A stretch of 64,000 bases of DNA. It comes from Chrysemys picta bellii (Eukaryota). This document shows positions 1-11,601 of this stretch, in pieces. Position 1 is the stretch's first letter. Each line of letters opens with the position of its first letter. The notes under the pieces were generated by a model that worked only from the letters and a program-made list of their open reading frames with translations, made no database searches and was not told the origin of the DNA. Both the position numbers and the translations under genes were made by a program. The DNA lies in the NCBI RefSeq assembly GCF_011386835.1, contig NC_088803.1, positions 12,090,001-12,154,000 of the forward strand, read 5' to 3'.

Positions 1-1530
1 TAGATGATCAAGATGTTAAAGGAGCAATCAAGGAAAACAAGGCCATTGCAGAGAACCTCAATGAACTATTTTCACTGCAGAAGATGTGGGTGAGATCCCA
101 CTATCAGAGTTACTCTTTTTGGGCAACAAATCTGAAATAAGTTCCCACACTGATGTGTCAGTAGAAAAGATTTTAGAACAAATTGATAAATTAAACAGTA
201 ATAAGTCACCAGGACCAGATGGGATTCATTCACGAATTCTGTAGGACCTCAGATATGAACTTGCAGATCGCTAACTGTGTGATGTAACCTTCTGCTGAAA
301 CCAGCCTCTGTACAAGATGACTGGAAGGTAGGTAATGCAACACCAATTTTTAAAAAGGGGTCCAGAGGTGACCCTGGTAATGACAGGCTAGTAAGCCTAC
401 CTTCAATACCAGGTAAATTGGTTGAAACTATAGTAGAGAACTGAATTATCAGACATATAGGTGAACACGATTTGTTGGGGAAGAGGCAATACATCTATTC
501 TAAAGAGAAAACATGCTTCACCAACCTATTAGAATTATTTGAGGGTGTTCACAAGCATGTGGACAAGGGTATGGACAAGCATGTGGACAGTTGATATATG
601 GTACTTGGACTTTCAGAAAGCCTTTGACAAGGTCCCTCAGCAGAGACTCTTAAGCGAAGTAAACTGGGTAGACTGCGTAGACTGTTGGTCCTTCATCAGT
701 TAAAACTGAGCTGATCACAACACGTCTTCCAATCTTCTCTTGCTCTGGCCATCCTTCACCATGCTTGTCCATATCTCCTTGTTAGGAAATCATCTCACCT
801 CTTTGGAGGCCGACCGCATGGCCGTTTCTGTTCTCATGGATATCTCTCGGATATAGCTGTGGTCCATCTGTTGTCGCTGAGTGGGACAAAGTAAACAGTC
901 ATGGTATAAAAGGGACGGTCCTCTCATGGATCAATAACAGGTTAAAAGACAGGAAACAGAAGGTAGGAATAAAAGGTTAGTTTTCACAATGAGACAGATA
1001 AACAGCAGGGACCCCCAAGGATCTGTATGCTAGCCAAAATATTAGTTAATGATCCGGAAAAAAGTGAACAGTAAAGTGGCAAAGTTTGCAGATTATACAA
1101 AATTATAGTGGTTAGTTATTTCCAAAGCTGACTGCAAAAAATTACAAGGAGATCTCATAAAATTAGGTGACTGGGTAACAAAACAGTAGATGAAATTTAA
1201 TATTGTTAAGTGTCAAGTAATGCACAGTGGGGGGAAATAGTCCAAAGTATACATACATAATGATGAGTTCTAAATTAGTTGTTACTCCTCAGGAAAGGGA
1301 TCTGGGAGTCATTGAGGATACTGTGGAAAAAGTGAATAGAGAAGTGTTATCTACCCTTTCCCACAATACAAAAACCAGAGGTCATATGATGAAATTCGTA
1401 GGCAGCAGGTTTAATACAACAAGAGGAAATACTTTTTTACACAATGCAAAATTAACCCGTGGAACTCATTTCCATGGGATAGTGTACTGGCCAAAAGTAA
1501 ACCTGTGTTCAAAATAAAGGTTAATGAGGT
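1..1530 (+). mobile_element. CR1 LINE ORF2 (RT) remnant with stops and frameshifts, interrupted by an RTE fragment
   Basis: Degenerate CR1 RT motifs, e.g. gtacttggactttcagaaagcctttgac (YLDFQKAFD) at 601-628, a PGPDGIH-like stretch at 209-229, and the 3' TRGHMMK segment in ORF 1227-1517. Confidence 0.9.
665..888 (-). mobile_element. 5'-truncated RTE-clade LINE 3' end inserted in the CR1
   Basis: Flanked by the direct repeat AAGTAAAC (657-664 and 889-896). The minus strand reads DNRWTTAISERYP*EQKRPCGRPPKR*DDF...W*RMARAREDWK, the typical RTE ORF C-terminus, followed by a short cagtcta tandem tail. Confidence 0.75.
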
Positions 1531-2318
1531 TGCCAGTTTTGTATCTATATAATATAGCATTCCAAATGTGTCCTATTATAAGGCCATTCTACTCCAGTAG
1601 CTTTGTATACACACTGGCCTGGTTTGCGATTGAAAAATCTTAGCTATGTCATTTGGTTCCCTCTCTTCTATTATAAACCTTAAGAGATACTGACTCCCTT
1701 AAGGAAAAATCCAATCTTTGCATCTACATGGGGCATCCTGCAGTGTGTGAAGATGATCATGGCATCTGTTCTTACGCATTCTCTTCTCATAACACTATGG
1801 GCTAGCCTGTGCATCAGGATCAAACCACACTTAAAACAATTTGGATAGAAAAAGTATTAACAAAAATTAAAGATAAAATACAAGATATAGGCGGACCTCC
1901 TTTGATTACATATGTAAGAAATATCAGCTACCACTGTCTCACGGTTCCTTCTTTCAGTGGCTAAACTCAAGATTTCATGGAAGGATAGTGGGCAATTGGT
2001 CTGTTCCTATTCTATCACCTTTAAGAGCATGTTAAGAAATATGGAAACAGAAGTCCCTTTGTAGGAATGACTTGTAGGTGGCTTAATGCTTTGCATTACC
2101 CTCTCAATCTCAGTCTCAATGAAAGAAATGGGAAAAGGAACATAGCCGTACTATCACAAGAGAAAACTGATACTTCAAGTTCTTTGTCCTTGCAATCTTC
2201 CAGAACAATTTATTAAACAGAATGTTGGATTCGAGAATGTTGGTTTAAACCTCGATTGGCACAAACACAAATGCTGGAGGTGCCAAGCCCTATGCCAAAC
2301 TTCCACATGTCCTCTAAA

Positions 2319-2413
2319 TGTTATATTTATAAGAAGCACATGGGGTCTTTATAGGGGAGAAGGCAAAAATGCCGCATTTATTGAGCATACAGCAGTTAGC
2401 ATATGCTTTTTAG

Positions 2414-2448
<35 letters not shown>

Positions 2449-3152
2449 CTTGCCAGTTGATGTTCATAGTTACCAGTCCAGTGTCTGGATCAATGTAGTG
2501 GCCAGGCTCTGTCAGTTGTGATCCAATGCTCCTGGAGTGTGGCAAGATGTACCCAAAGTCCCATGGCAAAGCACCCTGTTCTTATAGTCCTTTTTCTCTC
2601 TTGATGTCTATGGATTTTGCTGTGCCAGTTTATGACCTGTTATTCCTTAATTGGTGGTATCTTTTTATGTAAACGTTCCAATACACCTCCGAGAGCACTG
2701 TCCTTAGGGGTGCTAGCCTTCACCTCAGGGTCATGAATTTGCCCTTCTTTCATTATGGATGCACATTGATAGTTCTCTGGTGTCATTAAGTCTCTTCACT
2801 CCTTCTTCCTTGACCATCTGGGTATAACAATGGCCTTCACATCTTATTTTTTTCTGGATGCTTGCATTCCTCATTCACACAAACAGTCTTCTACACAGGC
2901 CTCCAGATAGGATAACATTTTGGAAAGGACTATATAGTTAACCTTACACAACTTAGTTTGCAATGCATACATATAAGCAAGACCTTATAGCAAATACTGT
3001 AATGAAATCTTATCCTAAAACAAAAGGTGACCATAATCAGCCATAAGGACTATTCTGGTCTATTCCTGCCTTGAAATCAAAAAGGGTGGCTGGCAGGATC
3101 AAATCAAATCACACATTAATTCTCATAGTACAATTATAAATCCTGCTCCTAC
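2319..3152. mobile_element. Probable solo LTR-like insertion containing an (AC)n tract at 2418-2444
   Basis: TG...CA bounded block that interrupts the L1-like remnant. No TSD found. Confidence 0.3.
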
Positions 3153-3169
3153 ATATACTTCTCAAAAAT

Positions 3170-3356
3170 GTGTGTTCTGGAACATCCTAACTGTCAGGGT
3201 GGTTAAGCACTGGAACAAATTGCTTAAGGAGGTTGTGGAATCTCCATTATTGGAGTTTTTCAAGAGCCGGTTAGAAAAGACGTGTCAGGGATGGTCTATA
3301 GTCCTGTCATGAGTGGAGCTCTCGAGGTCTCTTCCAATCCTATATTTCTGTGATTT
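3170..3356 (+). mobile_element. CR1 3' end fragment
   Basis: gttaagcactggaacaaattg...gaggttgtggaatctcc and a degenerate attctatg-type tail. Confidence 0.8.
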
Positions 3357-3550
3357 AGTGCTCTTTCAAAAATTTTAAGATTTTTCCTTCTGTAAGTTTG
3401 ATTATTTTGGGCGTGCTGGACTAGTTGATATTATTATAGTGACCAAAAGAGTTAATTTGAGAAAATGGAAATCTGCAATTTCTCCCTTTTACACAGACAG
3501 GCGTAGTGAGATCTCTATGATGGCATTAATGGAAAAATGACTGTCTCATA

Positions 3551-3724
3551 GGGCATGTCTACACTTACCTCCAGAGCAATTGATCCAGGGGGGAGCGTTA
3601 GCAGTCGACCTACCGTTATGAAGACACCGCGTTAAGTTCCTCTAAATATGTCGACGTCAGCTACGCTATTTTCATAGACCGACTTAGCTCACCCCTGCCC
3701 CTCCGCTCCCATGTAGACCAGGCC
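3551..3724. mobile_element. Non-autonomous Harbinger MITE
   Basis: Termini GGGCATGTCTACACT...ATGTAGACCAGGCC resemble the TIRs of the large Harbinger. 3-bp duplication ATA at 3548-3550 and 3725-3727. Absent at the paralogous site near 50725. Confidence 0.8.
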
Positions 3725-4367
3725 ATAGAAACACTTTGAAAACATATGAAGAGATCTGGTCACACATGAAAATATTGCATACTTTTGCAGTTAGTATTTA
3801 TTAGTCTTCGATACTCAGAGGATATATTCTCACATATTTACCTAATTAGTCACTTTAATAGTTGATGTCCTGTATGACCTCTGCAGGTTCAGGGTTTTTC
3901 TTTGTTTACTTATTTGGTTCCAGGTTTACCAAATAATGAACATTGAATTTCATTATTTATATGCTATTTCCATCTCGAGCATGTATTTATACATGTTTCA
4001 TTTTGTTATGTGTTTATATTTAATGTCAAAATAATAAAATTAAGGTTTAAAGAAGGCTCACTCATTCACACCATGGCTACCCACTATCCCCATTCTTCCT
4101 ATTTCTCATTGCAATGGGAGAACCACTGGCTGCTAGGGTTAGAGAGACTGAGATAACATAGGGAATACAACCAATGCAGCTGTGTCAGTTTACACCTGCT
4201 GAGGATCAGCCCAATTTACCTAAATAAATTCAACTGAATAGGAGGTGCAAATATAAAAAATGCTGAGTATCTTCTTGCTATAACTCAGGAGAACTGACAA
4301 GGAATTGGGACACCTAAATGGGTCCTTTCAGACCAGAACTGATTTATTGCCATATCAATCACCCTCT

Positions 4368-5309
4368 CTAAATTCTACATTTCTGGAGACCTCTCCTCAG
4401 CGCCTCCTTGACCTCTTTGTTTCTCAGGCTGTAGATGAGGGGATTGATCAGGGGTGTAAAGACTGCGTAAAGGACAGAAAACACTTTGTTGGGAGCTCTG
4501 AGTGCACCAGTGTTGGGTAACATGTAGACAATCATTAAGGTCCCATAGAAGATTGTAACCACAATAAGGTGGGAGGAGCAGGTGGAAAAGGCCTTTTGCC
4601 TCCCAGTGGTAGAAGGGATTCTTAGGATGGTGGAAATGATATAAACATAAGATGTCAGGGTCAAAAGAAATGGAGGGACAGTGTCTATAGAGGAGAAAAT
4701 AAGGGTCACCAGGGTAACAAGACTGGTGTTGCTGCAGGAGAGTTTAATAACTGGGGTGAGATCACAAAAAAAATGATCAATTTCATTAGGGCCGCAGAAT
4801 TCTAATTGCGACACCAAAGATATTACTATAGTACTAAATATGAATGAACTTATCCAAGATCCGGCTGCTAGCTGGATACAGAACCTGCCATTCATACGGG
4901 TGACATAGTGCAGCGGTTTACATATTGCTAAGTAGCGATCAAAAGACATCACAGCTAGGAGATAACACTCAGTGGTCAGTAGCAGAGCAAAGCAGTAAAA
5001 CTGTGTGATGCATTGGCTGACAGAAATGGTATTGAATCCTTTCAGAAGACTGGGTAGCACCCTGGGCAGGATGGTAGAGGTGTAGCAGGTCTCCAAGCAG
5101 GACAAATTCCCCAGGAAGAAGTACATGGGGGTGTGAAGGTGCTGATCAGCCACAACTAGCACCACAATGAAGATGTTCGCAGTCATGGTGACTATGTAGA
5201 TCACTAGAAAGAGCAGGAAGAAAAGAATGCGCAGTTCAGGGAGGTTTCTGAATCCCAGCAGGATGAATTCGGTGATAGACGTTTGATTTTCCCTTTCTCC
5301 TGTCTCCAT
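4368..5309 (-). CDS. Olfactory receptor, class II, intact (313 aa from METGERENQTS), subfamily 'a'
   Basis: Motifs LHTPMYFFLGNLS, MSFDRYLAICKPLHY, KAFSTCSSHL, PLINPLIYSLRNKEVK and N-terminal NQT sequon. The upstream ATG at 5384 falls behind a pyrimidine-rich acceptor (AG at 5357-5356), so 5309 is the likely start. Confidence 0.95.
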   Translation of the reverse strand: METGERENQTSITEFILLGFRNLPELRILFFLLFLVIYIVTMTANIFIVVLVVADQHLHTPMYFFLGNLSCLETCYTSTILPRVLPSLLKGFNTISVSQCITQFYCFALLLTTECYLLAVMSFDRYLAICKPLHYVTRMNGRFCIQLAAGSWISSFIFSTIVISLVSQLEFCGPNEIDHFFCDLTPVIKLSCSNTSLVTLVTLIFSSIDTVPPFLLTLTSYVYIISTILRIPSTTGRQKAFSTCSSHLIVVTIFYGTLMIVYMLPNTGALRAPNKVFSVLYAVFTPLINPLIYSLRNKEVKEALRRGLQKCRI

Positions 5310-7670
5310 GAGGTATACGTCGGTTTCCTCTTTCTCCTCTCTCCATGTGACATATCTAGTGATGGAGAAAAAGAAATAATTCATTAGGGCTGATGCTGTA
5401 CAATGAATCTGGGTGGATTTCTGTCCCTTTGATTCTATAATAATTCACACTATCAACTGGGTTTATATTCTCTAACAATAAAAAAACAATTTTAAAAAAT
5501 CCCCCAAAACCTGTGTCACATTCAAACTTTGCACAGAGTTTTGTAACAGAGAATTCCCCCTGTTCCCCCCCGCCTGCCCAATAAAGCAACAACACAGTTA
5601 ACTGATCACTTTCTGCCCTTGTCCACAGGTTTTTTGTTTTTTTCATGTGTGGATTAATAGATTTTAAGGCCCAAAAGGGCTATTAGAACCTGTATAACAC
5701 ACACCATTGTTTCCTCCGGTTTCCTGGACATTGAACTTAATAACCTGTATTTGGCTACTGAAGATCTTCTAGAAAAGCATCCAGGGCCAGATCTCTAAGG
5801 CTATTTAGCCACTTAGTAGGAATTTAAAAGAACCTAGGCTCCCAAGGAGTAGAAGCTTCAATGGGTGTTTGCCACCTCTATGCCTTTAAAAATCGGCCCC
5901 TCCATCTTGATTGGACGGCATCAAGAGACAGGGAATCCACCACTGAACTTTGTAGTTTGTCCCACAGGATAATCACCCTCACTTTTAAAAGTGTGTGTTT
6001 ATTTCTCATTTAGATTGATCAGGCTTTAACTTCCAGCTATTGGTTTTTGTCCTTCCTTTGTCAAGATCCCTTTAGTACTTGCTCCTTTCTCTCTATTCCC
6101 TGTAATCAAGTCAGCTCTCAGTCTTGTTTTTTATAAGCTAAAGAGTTGGGCTCTTAAAATGTGAACCCCAGAACTGGATGCAGTATTCCATTGCCTGTCT
6201 CACCAGTGCTGTATAGAGAGGTGATTACACTTTCGTGCTCGTTATTCCTCTGTTTATCCATCCAAGGATCACATCCACTCTCTTCGCCATGGCATCGTAG
6301 GGGGAGCTTATTCTGAGTTGCTCCTCCACCTATGACTCCTAAACTTATTTGATGGGGGATAGGGTCATACGGACAGACGTTCTAGGACATGAATGTGATT
6401 GTATCCAGCTAGAGCCTGAAATGAGGGCGGGATACTGATCAGCAGCACAGAAGACAAGAGACTGTATAGAGGTTCCTGCCCAATGCACAAAGGAAGCCTC
6501 CCAATCAGGCACACATTCAGACTCTTCTCACTCTTATTGCCCTAGTGACCGACCAAGGAACACAAAACCCTCTTATTATCAGTTATGAATTGTGAACTAT
6601 TAGTTATTGATCAACCATTCAAGGTTACTGATTAATTCCTGGCTATATGGGTTCGTGGTGATCCCATCGGATAGGTCCTTCAAGGAACTGTAAAAACATA
6701 CAGCCAACTATTAGCTCTCAGCAGTTGCTTGACTGTCATGAGTCTGTAGGGGTGGAACTGCAGACCAGCTCTGTGTAGCAAAAAGAGCTGCAGTAACTTA
6801 GTACACCGGGCCACTCTCTCTGTTCAGTAATATCAGGAGCTCTAAAGGGATATAGCGGGGGGAAGAAAGGAAAGTGTACCCTTGTAAGGTTCTTAGATAA
6901 CCCCATTACTGCAGCACACCTCATAATACCTCTTGAGGTACAGCAATGCTGTTATCCACATTTTATGGATGGAGAGCTGAGGCAGAGAGAAAAGAGCCAA
7001 ATGTTTAAAGATATTTTGTGCCTAGTGCAATTTTCAAAAGCAATTAGTGCCTAGCTCCCAACTCACTAAGCACCTAAATACCTTTAAAAATCGAGCCCAG
7101 AGGGACTTGGTCAGTACTACACATTGATGCTGTGGCAGAGCAGAAAAGAGAAGTCAGGTCTCCCAAACATCACCATAGTGCCCCAATCATTGGACTATCC
7201 TTGCTCTTGAGTGCAAGGTTGGAGCAGCAAATGACCAGGCAAAGTTTGTTATGCAGGTGTCGCTGCTTCCCAAGCTGTCAGGAATGCCAAGCCCCATTCA
7301 GTTCATTTCTAATGTGGACCCCTTTCGTGTGTGGTGCTCAGCACCTCACAAGAAATGATGAGGGGTTCAACTCCCATTGTAATCCATGGAGAAGATTCTC
7401 AACCGGAGACATGTAGCATCTCCCAGGACTGGGCAGGGAAAGTGAACCTTAAGAAAATGATGCACTGCCAGGCAGAAAGAGAGAGAGACAGACAGAAAGA
7501 AAGGAAAAGAAGGATATATAGATAGGGGGATGTGTAAGGATAAGGGTTGGTAGAGCGAGGTTTTGGTCACAGAGACAGATACTTGTTTAAAGGTTAGATA
7601 GATATGTAAAGAACTCAACAGAGAGATGAACCGATAAATAAGTAGATAGATAGAAGGATGAGTAATTGGC

Positions 7671-7740
<70 letters not shown>
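7671..7740. repeat. (GATA)n microsatellite, about 17 units, in the inferred OR intron
   Basis: Perfect tetranucleotide run. The paralogous array is at 55545-55633. Confidence 0.98.
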
Positions 7741-7741
<1 letters not shown>

Positions 7742-7927
7742 GGGGCTTAACACATAGATCTTCTTTGTGTTTCATGCCTTTCTCTAGCAGTATCATGATG
7801 AGATAGATGCTTAAGTCCTTATTCAGGCAAAGCTGTCAGGAAGTGAGGACCCTGTCTAATAGGAGTGTTCTTCTAAGTGAGGTAAAGTCTGAGGAAGAGT
7901 GTGAGGGTTTGCCCTGAGGCTGGTAAC

Positions 7928-8280
7928 ACTCACCTTTAATCCTCAGCATGAAGGAGTGACTTCTCCATTGACGGTGACTGGGTTTGGTCTCACAGTCAGA
8001 CTTGTTCTCTGCTCGGGAGACACTTATATGTTGCTGGGGGGCGGGAAGTCTCTCTCTCCTGTAGCCCAGCATGATTGTTTGCCTCACTCAAGCCCTTATA
8101 TGACTCCCGCTCTGGATCCTTGCAGGGTTTATCAGGACAGGAGCCTCCCCCTGGGATCTCCCTGGGGCCCTACTGCTGGTTAACTTTTACATTACTGTCA
8201 TAGTGGAATTAACACTGTGCTGTTGGTTAAAATAGTGTAACACCAAAGCTGACGCCATGAACATTTGAATCCCAGAGGAA
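7928..8280 (-). promoter_or_regulatory. Putative OR promoter plus non-coding first exon for the OR at 4368-5309
   Basis: Minus-strand AG|GTGAGT donor (GT at 7933-7932), TATAAG-like box at 8094-8099, Olf/Ebf-like sites at about 8146-8168 and 8270-8278. The block recurs upstream of the other three intact ORs. Confidence 0.6.
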
Positions 8281-8389
8281 ATCTCCCCTTTCTCCACATG
8301 GTCTGTGTCTGTGCCAAGAGCTCCAGAGAATGGGAAATAAATTTCCATGTCTTTAGTAATAACATCAGGCTCTAACAGACCATTTGCCA

Positions 8390-8570
8390 TCCATAGATCT
8401 CAAAGCACTTTATACTGCATGGCAGTATCTTTATCCCCATTATACAGATCTGGAAACAGAGGCACAGGAAAAGGAAATGATTCCCAAAGGGTTGTGAAAG
8501 AGGACATTGGCATAGCTGGGTGTAGCTTCCAGGCTTCCTCAGTCAAAGTGTATCACCATGGCTGCTGGAC
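8390..8570. mobile_element. MIR/CORE-like SINE remnant
   Basis: ccccattatacagatctggaaacagaggcacag resembles the MIR/CORE conserved segment. Similar pieces near 6950, 54830, 56330 and 61170. Confidence 0.5.
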
Positions 8571-9009
8571 CACACAGACTGAGAGCCTTTGTCTATTAAC
8601 GTTCAAAGATTTCCGTATGTGTGAGAGGGATTTGTATTGCTGCCCAGCCCTGTAGCATCTGAGCAAATTCAACATAAGATCAACAGTAATAGCAAAATCT
8701 CTTCTTCATTTAATGCAGACTCTGGCTCTTTCCTCTTTTTGGGGTGGGGTGGGGACGAAGCCCTCTGCTTTGGGGTGGAGTTTTTGGTATTGATTTTTTT
8801 GATTATATTCATTCTTTTTTTCTGGGTGGAGATTTGGTTGGGGTTTGTGGAGTACATGGCAGAGTCATTTTATATTGTTAAATACTATAGAATCAGAGAA
8901 AAATTAGAGTCGGAAGATACCTCAGAAGGTCATCTAGTCCAAACCCCTGTTCAAAGCAGGACCAACCCCAACTAAATCATCCCAGTCAGGGCTTTGTCAG
9001 CAACAAAGT

Positions 9010-10156
9010 ATCTATTGGACTCTCAAGTGAGTCACCCCCCTTCCCTTGGTCAGTCTGGGGCTATGATTAGGAGATACTCACCTGACTCTGAAGGGTGGGG
9101 CAAAGTCAAGAGGGAAGAAAAAACATGATAAAAGGGAGAGATGTTTGCCATGCTCTTCCTCTCTCTCTTCCACCTCCATCTACAGACACCACCACCAAGC
9201 TACAGAAGCGCTGATCAAAGGGGAGAGCCTGGCTGAAGGGCAACCAACCAGCCTGTGGTGAGAAGCATCTAAGTTTGTTAAGTGTTAAGATCAGCTTATA
9301 TTGTGTTTTGCTTTTATTTCATTTGACCAAATCTGACTTGTTGTGCCTTGCCTCATAATCACTTAAAATCTATCTTTGTAGTTATTAAATTTGTTTGTTT
9401 ATTCTACCTGAAGCAGTGCATTGGTTTGAAGCGTGTCAGTGACTCTCCTTGGGATAACAAGCCTAGTACATATACATTTCTTTGTTAAATTGATGAACTC
9501 CTATAAGCTTGCAGTGTCCAGCGGGCATAACTGGACACTACAAGACGGAGGTTCCTAGGGTTGTGTCTGGAACCGGAGATATTGGCTAATGTCATCCAAG
9601 CAGTGACTGGCCAAAAGTGCTCACTCATGCAGCTTACATGCCAGAGGCTGTGTGTGAACAGCCCAGGAGTGGGGGTCTCACAGCAGAGTAGGGTAAGGCT
9701 GGCTCCCAGAGTCGAGGATTGGAGTGACCCAGCAGATCACCAGTCCAGATAACACAAGGGGAACGTCACAGTAGCGCAGCGAGCAGGGTGTATATGCAGC
9801 TTGTTACTCCAAGTGGAATTCACACTTTAAGCACTGATATTTGTGATTTTAAGTGAGTCTTAAGTACATTGTCTAAGGACAGTCAGGAGGAGGTTACAGT
9901 TTTGTTATTTTCTGTTTGTTTATTTCAGATGAGGGAAATAAGCTCAAGAAAGTAGAAAAATGACTACCAGTGGGGCAGCTACAAAATTAGAGCTGGCCAG
10001 ACTGGAAGTGAGAGAGAAGGCAAAGGACCATGAGTTTCCAATGTGGCAGGCAGAAATGAGGCTCAAAGAAGTAGCTGTGGCTAGGGAAACTGTGGAGGCA
10101 GAGGATGCCAGGGAGGCTTCCAGAGAGGAGGCTGCACACAGAAGGGCTATGGAAGA

Positions 10157-10204
<48 letters not shown>

Positions 10205-11601
10205 AGAAGAAGAAGAAGAAGAAGAAAGAGAAAGAGAGAGGAAACACAAGCTGGACCTGGTAGAGAAGAAGAACCAGAGGCCCCTGACCCCAATGGCTCC
10301 CACCACTCCAAAAATCCACAAATGGGAAAACTTATGCCCTGCATATAGTGAGGACAATGATATTGCTGAATATCTGACTACCTGTGAATGGCTGTGTGTA
10401 ATACATGAAATCTTGATGATAAGAGAGTTCCTACCCTGGTTGCCAAAGTAACTGGTAAAGCTCAAAATGTATGCAATGGAATGTCTATTGAAGACGCTTT
10501 AGAGTCTAGTCTAAAGTTTAGACTATTGCAAATTTAAAAATACTGTTTTGCAAAGTTTTCAGATTACCCCCCAAAACATATAGAATTGAATTTAGGAATT
10601 TTAAGAGGGATATTGGTATGAGTAATGGGGGATATGTGAACAAAATGAAAGAATTGATGGGAAAGTGGGTGAGGGACAAAGGTGTTACAAGCGTTGAGGG
10701 AATGTTGGATCTTTTTGCTCAAAAGCATTTCCTAAGCATATGTAAGGCTGATGTAAAGCAGTGCCTATGGGACAAAGCTGTAAAGTTTGTGGATGAGATG
10801 GTGTCTCTTGCTGATATCTTTGAACAGACCCAGGCATCTATTGAAAACAACCCCCTGAAAGAGGTGTTTAAAGGTGGTGGGAAGGGGAGATCCCATTTTA
10901 TCCCTAGCAAGAGGGAGGGTGGCTGGGAGGCTGGGTACTCAACTCCCCCAAACCATTCCTCTAACCCTCATCCTAAATCTCCTGTAAAAGCAGAAGAGCC
11001 CAAAAGGTGCTATCAGTGTAATTCCACTGATCACCGGAGGAATAAATGCCCTGTGCTAAGAGGAAGCAGGCAAATAATAGCTCATGTTAGTTCTGCCGTC
11101 CTGAACACAGAACACCCCACCTCCCAGGCAATTGGAACCTATCATATTGGCTCTGTGAGGTTAGCCTCTGCAGAACCAGATATGGAGCATGTTCAGGCTG
11201 TCCAAATTAATGGCAGGGAATGCTTGGGGCAGAGAGATATAGGAGTCCAGATCTCTCTGGTTAAGCAGAGTGTAGTCCCAAAGGCCAGTATGTTACCTGG
11301 CCAAATGGCAGAGATTGTGGGGGGGTGGGTGAAAGCAGATACCTTGTACCACTAGCTAAAATCGATGTGATGTGGGAAGGTTTGGAAAGTGTTTTCATTG
11401 TTGGGGGTTATGGAACACCTCCTATTCGACCTACTCCTGGGTAATGATTTTTTCTGTGTAGCTCAGGTTAAAGTATCTGCCTGCAGCAGGCGGAAGTTTT
11501 ATGCTGGGACCCCCAAGGGAAAGGGTAAGGTCTAAGGAACTGCTGAGAAAATGGGAGACCTAGCAGATCACTGGTCCAGATAACACCAGGGGAACATCAT
11601 A
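9010..11601 (+). mobile_element. Internally deleted Gypsy-like (Gmr1-type, SCAN-bearing) LTR retrotransposon
   Basis: Partial 5' LTR ends ...gataacacaaggggaacgtcaca near 9770. The last ~50 bp of the LTR recur at ~11555-11601 directly after the protease region, so pol and most of the 3' LTR are deleted. Confidence 0.75.
9960..11355 (+). pseudogene. Gag (coiled-coil, SCAN-like, CCHC knuckle) and aspartic protease remnant of the Gypsy-like element
   Basis: ORF 10618-11355 has CYQCNSTDHRRNKC (CX2CX4HX4C), a SCAN-like FLSICKADVKQCLWDK...SLADIF stretch and a decayed protease motif RDIGVQISLV. Broken between 10451 and 10618. Confidence 0.75.

Larger units (their letters stand above)
1640..4050 (+). 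mobile_element. L1/Tx1-like LINE ORF2 C-terminus and 3' UTR remnant, fragmented by later insertions
   Basis: The segment near 3435-3540 reads VTKRVNLRKWKSAISPF...MALMEKMT, resembling L1-clade C-termini, and is followed by a T-rich 3' UTR ending in an A-rich tract near 4030. Paralogous pieces lie at 27110-27235 and 50530-51810. Confidence 0.5.

Noticed and set aside
5310-5384. N-terminal extensions of OR ORFs in the six-frame track (338 aa here, 356 aa at 52215-53285)
   Set aside because: The extra ATGs lie upstream of a conserved pyrimidine tract plus AG acceptor and so are probably intronic. The remaining 313-aa proteins are normal OR length.
7671-7740. GATA, AG and pentamer runs as CRISPR-like arrays or repetitive proteins (YLSI-, RE-, PCRAV-repeat ORFs)
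   Set aside because: Simple microsatellites with no spacers, in a eukaryotic context. The ORFs are translation artefacts.
8637-8975. Hydrophobic 112-aa ORF also seen at 56543-56812, suggesting a small membrane protein
   Set aside because: Non-ATG start, hydrophobicity comes from T-rich low-complexity DNA, the two copies end differently, and the more diverged homologs at about 38460 and 61440 do not keep the frame.
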